From Cupriavidus necator (GTDB lineage Bacteria > Pseudomonadota > Gammaproteobacteria > Burkholderiales > Burkholderiaceae): a stretch of 32,000 nt of DNA. Below, piece after piece: positions 26,372-32,000 of this stretch. The stretch's first letter is position 1, and each line of letters begins with the position of its first letter. The notes below the pieces were generated by a model that did no database searches, was not told the DNA's origin, and was given only the letters and a program-made list of their open reading frames with translations. Both the position numbers and the translations under genes were made by a program. The stretch lies in NCBI RefSeq assembly GCF_016127575.1, contig NZ_CP066018.1, positions 2,940,001-2,972,000 on the forward strand. Reading direction: 5' to 3'.

Positions 26372-28855
26372 ATGAACGCAAACGACCAGATCATTCGCGG
26401 CGCCCTGGCGCCGCAGGAAATCTCCACCGAAGTCCTGATCGAGAAATACGCCAAGGGCGAAGAGCGCAGCATTGCCGATGTCAGGCAACGCGTGGCGCGC
26501 GCGCTGGCCCAGGCCGAACCCGAGGACCAGCGCGAGGCCTGGAGCGCGCGCTTCCTGTGGGCGCAGGAAAACGGCTTCGTGCCGGCCGGACGCATCAACT
26601 CGGCGGCGGGCACCGGCATCCAGGCCACGCTGATCAACTGTTTCGTGCAGCCGGTGGGCGATTCGGTGTCGGAGCCGCGCGAAGGCCGCCCCAGCATCTA
26701 CACGGCGGTGGCGCAGGCCGCCGAAACCATGCGCCGCGGCGGCGGCGTGGGCTATGACTTCTCGGCGATCCGACCGGCCGGCGCGCTGGTGCGGGCCACG
26801 CATTCGCGCGCCTCGGGGCCGGTGTCGTTCATGAAGGTGTTCGATGCATCGTGCGCCACCGTGGAATCCGCCGGCGCGCGCCGCGGCGCGCAGATGGGCG
26901 TGCTGCGCTGCGACCATCCGGATATCGAGAGCTTTATCCACGCCAAGGACAAGGGCGACCTCAGCAACTTCAATATCTCCATCGGCGTCACTGATGCCTT
27001 CATGCAGGCCGTGCAGGCCGACGGCGAGGTCGAACTGGTGCATGAGGCCGAGCCGGGTGCCGACATGATCGCCGCGGGCGCCTATCGCCGCGACGACGGC
27101 CAGTGGGTGTACCGGCGCGTGCCAGCGCGCAACCTGTGGGACCAGGTCATGCAGGCCACCTACGACCATGCCGAGCCGGGCATCCTGTTCCTGTCGCAGA
27201 TCAACGCCGACAACAACCTTTATTACTGCGAGCGCATCGAGGCCACCAACCCGTGCGCCGAGCAGCCGCTGCCGTCCTATGGCTGCTGCTGCCTGGGCTC
27301 GATCAACCTGACGCGCTTCGTGCGCCAGCCGTTCTCGCCGCAGGCCGAATTCGATTTCGATGCCTTTGCCGAAGTGGTGCGCGTGGCCACGCGCATGCTC
27401 GACAACGTGCTCGACGTGACCTTCTGGCCGTTGCCCGAACAACAGGCCGAGGCCCACGCCAAGCGCCGCGTCGGGCTGGGCTTCCTGGGGCTGGGCAGCG
27501 CGCTGGTGATGCTGGGCCTGCGCTATGACACCGAGCCGGCGCGGCAGCTGGCGGCGCGGATCTCGGAACGCATGCGCGACGATGCCTACCTGGCGTCGAC
27601 CGAACTGGCGGTGGAGAAGGGCGCCTTCCCCCTGTTCGATGCCAACGCCTACCTGCAGAGCGGGTTTGCCGGCCGGCTGCCGGAACGCTTGCGCGATGCC
27701 ATTGCGCGCAACGGGCTGCGCAATTCGCACCTGCTGTCGATCGCACCCACCGGCACCATCACGCTGGCCTTTGCCGACAATGCGTCCAATGGCATCGAGC
27801 CCGCCTTCTCGTGGACCTATAACCGCAAGAAGCGGATGCCGGACAACAGCTACCGCAGCTTCGAGGTGGCGGATCATGCCTGGCGGCTTTACCGTCACAT
27901 GGGGGCCGACATGGCCCAGTTGCCGGATGCCTTCGTCACCGCGCTGCAGATGTCGGCGCTGGACCATATGCGGATGCTGGAAGCGGTGCAGCCGTATATC
28001 GACACCAGCATCAGCAAGACCGTCAACGTGCCGGAGGATTATCCGTACGAAGCCTTCCGCAACCTGTACCTGGAGGCGTGGAAGGCCGGCCTGAAGGGGC
28101 TGGCGACCTATCGCCCCAATTCGGTACTGGGGGCCGTGCTGTCAGTAGAGGCGCCGGCGGTGGCTCCCGCTGCCGTGGCCGACGATAATCCGTTGGTTCG
28201 CCCCTTCGGCAGCCGGCCGGTGGGCGACCTGGAGGGGGTGACGTCCAAGGTCGAATACCTGACCTACGAGGGCCACAAGACCGTCTACCTGACCGTCAAC
28301 TTCATGCGCGTCGCCGGCGTTGCCGACGGCAAGCCGGTGGAGATCGAGCGCCCGGTGGAGTTCTTCATGCCGGCGGGGCAGCGCAGCGAGGGCCAGCAGT
28401 GGATCACCTCGACCATGCGGCTGTTGTCGATGGTGGCGCGCTCTGGCGGCTCGGTGGCCAAGGCATTGGCGGATATGCGCAACGTGGTGTGGGACAAGGG
28501 CACGGTGCGCTACGGTACGCTGCTGCGCCAGGACGGTACCGAGGTGCCGCGCTTCCATGATTCCGAAGTGGCCGCGCTCAGCTACGCGCTGCAGCGCATC
28601 CTGATCAAGCGCGGCTTCCTGGATGCCGAGGGCGGCCAGGTGCCGGTAGCCGCGCTGGCGGCCAGGCTGGCCCAGCGCGAAGGCGGGGGGCAGGCGCCGG
28701 ATGCCGGGGCGGATCTCGCCAGCCCGGTCCGAGCCCCCGGCACCCCCGGTGTCGGCACCGGCAAGCCGTGTCCGGAGTGTGGCGCGCACGCCCTGCACAA
28801 GGTCGACGGATGCGCCAAATGCGCTAATTGCGGCTACGTGGGCGAGTGCGGCTGA
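26372..28855 (+). CDS. nrdJ: adenosylcobalamin-dependent (class II) ribonucleotide reductase
   Basis: Track ORF 26357..28855 starts at GTG. The first ATG, at 26372, has GGTGAG 8 nt upstream. RNR core strings include [28 protein letters not shown]-like SIAPTGTIT and SISKTVN. The Cys-rich C-terminal tail is [27 protein letters not shown]. Confidence 0.9.
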   Translation: MNANDQIIRGALAPQEISTEVLIEKYAKGEERSIADVRQRVARALAQAEPEDQREAWSARFLWAQENGFVPAGRINSAAGTGIQATLINCFVQPVGDSVSEPREGRPSIYTAVAQAAETMRRGGGVGYDFSAIRPAGALVRATHSRASGPVSFMKVFDASCATVESAGARRGAQMGVLRCDHPDIESFIHAKDKGDLSNFNISIGVTDAFMQAVQADGEVELVHEAEPGADMIAAGAYRRDDGQWVYRRVPARNLWDQVMQATYDHAEPGILFLSQINADNNLYYCERIEATNPCAEQPLPSYGCCCLGSINLTRFVRQPFSPQAEFDFDAFAEVVRVATRMLDNVLDVTFWPLPEQQAEAHAKRRVGLGFLGLGSALVMLGLRYDTEPARQLAARISERMRDDAYLASTELAVEKGAFPLFDANAYLQSGFAGRLPERLRDAIARNGLRNSHLLSIAPTGTITLAFADNASNGIEPAFSWTYNRKKRMPDNSYRSFEVADHAWRLYRHMGADMAQLPDAFVTALQMSALDHMRMLEAVQPYIDTSISKTVNVPEDYPYEAFRNLYLEAWKAGLKGLATYRPNSVLGAVLSVEAPAVAPAAVADDNPLVRPFGSRPVGDLEGVTSKVEYLTYEGHKTVYLTVNFMRVAGVADGKPVEIERPVEFFMPAGQRSEGQQWITSTMRLLSMVARSGGSVAKALADMRNVVWDKGTVRYGTLLRQDGTEVPRFHDSEVAALSYALQRILIKRGFLDAEGGQVPVAALAARLAQREGGGQAPDAGADLASPVRAPGTPGVGTGKPCPECGAHALHKVDGCAKCANCGYVGECG

Positions 28856-28862
28856 GCCACGC

Positions 28863-28897
28863 CGCGGGCTGGTTGCGGCCACCGGAGCCAGCCCGCG
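28863..28897 (+). other. 10-bp perfect hairpin after the nrdJ stop, without a U tract
   Basis: CGCGGGCTGG (28863-28872) pairs with CCAGCCCGCG (28888-28897) around a 15-nt loop. Confidence 0.3.
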
Positions 28898-28959
28898 CGG
28901 CGCGTGGCGAATAAAGACCGCGAGGTCGGGGCGGCGGCGGCCGGAGGGGGGCTGCATTT

Positions 28960-28968
28960 TGCTACAAT
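28960..28968 (+). promoter_or_regulatory. extended -10 element TGcTACAAT ending 8 nt before the dnaX ATG
   Basis: TG at 28960-28961 and TACAAT at 28963-28968. The dnaX ATG is at 28976. There is no Shine-Dalgarno in between. Confidence 0.4.
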
Positions 28969-28975
28969 CGCCGCC

Positions 28976-31258
28976 ATGAGTTATCAAGTTCTAGCGCGCA
29001 AATGGCGCCCCAGGGATTTCACCACGCTGGTCGGCCAGGAGCACGTGGTCCGCGCGCTCACGCACGCGCTGGAACAGCAGCGGCTGCACCATGCCTACCT
29101 GTTCACCGGCACGCGCGGGGTCGGCAAGACCACGCTGTCGCGGATCCTGGCCAAGGCCCTGAACTGCACCGGCCCTGACGGCAACGGCGGCATCACCGCC
29201 CAGCCGTGCGGGCAGTGCAAGGCCTGCCAGGAGATCGACAGCGGCCGCTTCGTCGACTACATCGAGATGGACGCCGCCTCCAACCGCGGCGTCGACGAGA
29301 TGGCGCAGCTGCTGGACAAGGCGGTCTACGCCCCGACCTCCGGGCGCTTCAAGGTCTACATGATCGACGAAGTGCATATGCTCACCAACCACGCCTTCAA
29401 CGCCATGCTGAAGACGCTGGAAGAGCCGCCCGGGCACGTCAAGTTCATTCTCGCCACCACCGATCCGCAGAAGATTCCGGTCACGGTGCTGTCGCGCTGC
29501 CTGCAGTTCAACCTCAAGCAGATGCCGCCGGGGCATATCGTCTCGCACCTGGACCATATTCTGGCGCAGGAAGGCATCGGCCACGACGGCAATGCGCTGC
29601 GCCTGCTGGCCCAGGCCGCGCACGGCTCGATGCGCGATGCGCTGTCGCTGACCGACCAGGCCATCGCCTACAGCGCGGGCCAGGTCTCGGAAGACGCGGT
29701 GCGCGGCATGCTGGGCGCGATCGACCAGGGCTACCTGGTGCAGTTGCTCGATGCGCTGGCCGCCGAGGACGGCGCCGCCATGCTGGCGATTGCCGATGCC
29801 ATGGCCGACCGCAGCCTGTCGTTTGCCGGCGCGCTGCAGGACCTGGGCTCGCTGCTGCACAAGGTGGCGCTGGCGCAGGCCGTGCCGGCCTCGGTGCAGG
29901 ACGAATGGCCCGAAGCCGATGAGGTGCGGCGCCTGGCCGGGGTGTTCGACGCGCAGGAAGTGCAGCTGTTCTACCAGATCGCCAACCTCGGCCGCAGCGA
30001 GCTGGCGCTCGCGCCGGACGAGTACGCCGGCTTCACCATGACGCTGCTGCGCATGCTGGCGTTCCGGCCGTCGTCTGAACCCACTACGGCGCAAGGGCAG
30101 GGCGGTGGTGCCGCGCCTGCGCGCCAGCGTGGTGCCGAAGCCGCGCAAACCGTTGATACCCGCCATGCGACGGCTGTGGCCAATGCCGCCGAACAGGCCA
30201 AGGCCGGTGCTGCGGCGGCCCCGGTCCCTGCCCCTATGCCCGCACGGGCGGTCCAGCCCGTGGCAGTGGCTGAACCCGCTGCCGCACCTGCCGCTGTCCC
30301 TGCATCCCCTGAAGCTGCGCCGGCACGGCCGGCCGCTGGCGCCGGCAACGGGGCCATGTCGCCCGCCGCCGCCGCGCTGGCGGCCGCCCGCCAGGCTTCC
30401 GCTGCCCGTGGGGGCGGCCGCAAGGCGCCGCCGCCGGCCATGGCGCCAGCGCCGGCTGCCGCGCAGCGCCCGCCGGCCCAACCCTTGCGCGCGCCCGGCG
30501 CGGCAGCCGTGAGTCGGCCGCCGGCACCGGTTGCGAAGGCGCCCATGCAGTCGCCGGCAGCGCCGGCACGGCCCGCCGCGCGCCAGGCGGAGCCGGAATC
30601 CGTGCCGCCCTGGGAGCTGGCGGGTGGCAGCGATGTGCCGCCGTGGGAAGAGCTGCCGCCTGACCTGCCGGTCATCGGCCCCTATGACAGCGATCCTGGC
30701 TACCGCGACAACGGTTTCAACGAACCGGCAGCGCGTGCCGCCGGGCCGCGCCGGGCGCCCGCGCGCGAGGCCGAGCCGGCGCGCGAGACCGCTCCGGTGC
30801 AGCCAGCCGCGGCGCCGGCAGAGTCCGCCAAGTTCGTCGCCCCGCGCCCGCCAGCAGCGGGCGAGGATGGCACCCCGCCGGCCTTCACCGGCGAATGGCC
30901 GGTGCTGGCCGCCGGCCTGCCCTTGAAGGGCCTGGCGCAGCAGCTGGCCTACCAGAGCGAACTGACCCAGGTGGTCGGACGTACCTTCCACCTGCGCATC
31001 CCGGTCGCGGCCCTGGGCGAGAACGGCGTGTCCGAGCGGCTGCAGCAGGCGCTGTGCGACCACTTCGGCGAGCCGGTGCGCGTGGTCTGCGAAGTCGGCG
31101 GGGTTTCCATCACGGCCGCGGCCGCCGATGCCGAGGCGCGCGCCGAGCGCCAGCGCCAAGCCGAGGCCGTGATCGAGGCCGATCCCTTTGTCCAGGGCCT
31201 GCTGCGCGATTTTGGCGGCCAGATCGTGCCGGGCTCGATCCAGCCGCGCGCCGCCTGA
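28976..31258 (+). CDS. dnaX: DNA polymerase III subunit tau (DnaX)
   Basis: In-frame part of track ORF 28904..31258. ATG 28976 gives the canonical [24 protein letters not shown]. The Walker A is GTRGVGKTT. The zinc module is [10 protein letters not shown]. Walker B is MIDEVHML, and the SRC motif is present. A long Pro/Ala-rich linker precedes the C-terminal domains. Confidence 0.93.
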   Translation: MSYQVLARKWRPRDFTTLVGQEHVVRALTHALEQQRLHHAYLFTGTRGVGKTTLSRILAKALNCTGPDGNGGITAQPCGQCKACQEIDSGRFVDYIEMDAASNRGVDEMAQLLDKAVYAPTSGRFKVYMIDEVHMLTNHAFNAMLKTLEEPPGHVKFILATTDPQKIPVTVLSRCLQFNLKQMPPGHIVSHLDHILAQEGIGHDGNALRLLAQAAHGSMRDALSLTDQAIAYSAGQVSEDAVRGMLGAIDQGYLVQLLDALAAEDGAAMLAIADAMADRSLSFAGALQDLGSLLHKVALAQAVPASVQDEWPEADEVRRLAGVFDAQEVQLFYQIANLGRSELALAPDEYAGFTMTLLRMLAFRPSSEPTTAQGQGGGAAPARQRGAEAAQTVDTRHATAVANAAEQAKAGAAAAPVPAPMPARAVQPVAVAEPAAAPAAVPASPEAAPARPAAGAGNGAMSPAAAALAAARQASAARGGGRKAPPPAMAPAPAAAQRPPAQPLRAPGAAAVSRPPAPVAKAPMQSPAAPARPAARQAEPESVPPWELAGGSDVPPWEELPPDLPVIGPYDSDPGYRDNGFNEPAARAAGPRRAPAREAEPARETAPVQPAAAPAESAKFVAPRPPAAGEDGTPPAFTGEWPVLAAGLPLKGLAQQLAYQSELTQVVGRTFHLRIPVAALGENGVSERLQQALCDHFGEPVRVVCEVGGVSITAAAADAEARAERQRQAEAVIEADPFVQGLLRDFGGQIVPGSIQPRAA

Positions 31259-31279
31259 TCCGCGGCCTGCGTTTGCTTT

Positions 31280-31311
31280 ACCGAACTTACTTCACCGAAT
31301 TTCTTACCGAA
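31280..31311 (+). repeat. three direct ACCGAA repeats in the dnaX-ybaB spacer
   Basis: TTTACCGAACTT, TTCACCGAATTT and CTTACCGAATCC. ACCGAA starts at 31280, 31294 and 31306. The repeats end just before the AGGAGC RBS of ybaB. Confidence 0.5.
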
Positions 31312-31328
31312 TCCAGGAGCATTCCATC

Positions 31329-31661
31329 ATGATGAAAGGTCAACTCGCCGGGCTGATGAAGCAAGCCCAGCAGATGCAGGAAAACATGAAGAAGATGCAG
31401 GAGCAGCTGGCCCAGATCGAGGTCGAGGGCCAGTCCGGCGCCGGTCTCGTCAAGGTGGTCATGACCTGCAAGAACGACGTCAAGCGCGTCACCATCGACC
31501 CCAGCCTGCTGGCCGAGGGCGAAGACAAGGACCTGCTGGAAGACCTGGTCGCCGCCGCCTTCAATGACGCCGTGCGCAAGGCCGAAGCCACCTCGCAGGA
31601 AAAGATGGGCTCGATGACCTCGGGCCTGCCGCTGCCCCCGGGCTTCAAGCTGCCGTTCTGA
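31329..31661 (+). CDS. ybaB: nucleoid-associated protein YbaB/EbfC
   Basis: In-frame part of track ORF 31188..31661. ATG 31329 lies 9 nt after [23 protein letters not shown]...GAGLVKV...[10 protein letters not shown]...LPPGFKLPF is colinear with E. coli YbaB. Confidence 0.93.
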   Translation: MMKGQLAGLMKQAQQMQENMKKMQEQLAQIEVEGQSGAGLVKVVMTCKNDVKRVTIDPSLLAEGEDKDLLEDLVAAAFNDAVRKAEATSQEKMGSMTSGLPLPPGFKLPF

Positions 31662-31669
31662 ACGCCACT

Positions 31670-32000
31670 GTGAAGGCATCGTCCCCGACCTCGCTGCAGG
31701 CACTGGTCGAAGCGCTGCGGGTGCTGCCCGGCGTCGGGCCCAAGTCCGCCCAGCGCATGGCCTACCACCTGCTGCAGCACGACCGCGAGGGCGCGCGCAA
31801 GCTGGGCGATGCGCTGCGCGGCGCGGCGGACCATATCCGCCATTGCCAGCGCTGCAATACCTTCACCGAGCAGGAGATCTGCGAGACCTGCCTGGACGAC
31901 CGCCGCGACGCCTCGGTGCTGTGCGTGGTGGAAACCCCGGCCGACCAGGTCATGATCGAGCAGACCCTGACCTACCGCGGCAAGTACTTCGTGCTGATGG
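31670..32000 (+). CDS. recR: recombination protein RecR (N-terminal 110 codons; continues past the right edge)
   Basis: Absent from the track because there is no stop codon in the window. GTG 31670 opens [35 protein letters not shown]...[17 protein letters not shown]...[17 protein letters not shown], which matches the RecR helix-hairpin-helix, C4 zinc finger and Toprim start. Confidence 0.9.
   Translation, partial: MKASSPTSLQALVEALRVLPGVGPKSAQRMAYHLLQHDREGARKLGDALRGAADHIRHCQRCNTFTEQEICETCLDDRRDASVLCVVETPADQVMIEQTLTYRGKYFVLM

Noticed and set aside
19217-31159. Long antisense or out-of-frame ORFs across addB, addA, nrdJ and dnaX (for example 20254..21984, 22068..24377, 24471..25988, 25417..26697, 26342..27967 and 28991..31159).
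   Set aside because: They are GC-driven open frames opposite well-supported genes. None has motifs, RBS support or an independent intergenic context.

Overview
High-GC (roughly two-thirds G+C by eye) proteobacterial core-chromosome window. Gene content and protein sequences look like a Burkholderiaceae genome of the Cupriavidus/Ralstonia type (inference, not searched). Left to right: fabI (partial, minus strand); a yejABEF-type peptide ABC importer operon; an NlpC/P60 cell-wall endopeptidase; a convergent patatin-like lipoprotein; gltX; a tandemly duplicated tRNA-Ala(GGC)-Glu(UUC)-Asp(GUC) operon followed by an extra tRNA-Asp 3-prime fragment; a MATE efflux pump and a GT39/ArnT-like membrane glycosyltransferase (minus); rpmE2, an MtfA-like peptidase, rho and trxA (minus); a small acidic ORF followed by a translationally coupled AddB/AddA-type helicase-nuclease pair; class II (B12-dependent) ribonucleotide reductase nrdJ; then dnaX-ybaB-recR (recR partial). 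I found no integrase, transposase, IS element, CRISPR array or obvious defence island, and no convincing novel multi-gene system. This reads as housekeeping DNA. The signals the gene list does not explain are all non-coding. (1) A consensus-like promoter plus a ~215-nt foldable leader with 22-bp-phased GTTCAC direct repeats and a terminator-like stem, upstream of the NlpC/P60 gene. (2) A ~425-nt GC-rich, hairpin-rich untranslated gap upstream of nrdJ with no recognisable promoter, NrdR box or clear riboswitch. (3) A 61-bp duplicate of the tRNA-Asp 3-prime end plus terminator, flanking an 83-bp palindrome-rich insert (att-scar-like). (4) Extended -10 elements (TGnTAnnAT) placed so that dnaX would be leaderless and gltX would have a leader consisting almost only of a terminator-like hairpin. 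(5) A triple ACCGAA direct repeat between dnaX and ybaB. All long antisense ORFs in the track are treated as GC artefacts.
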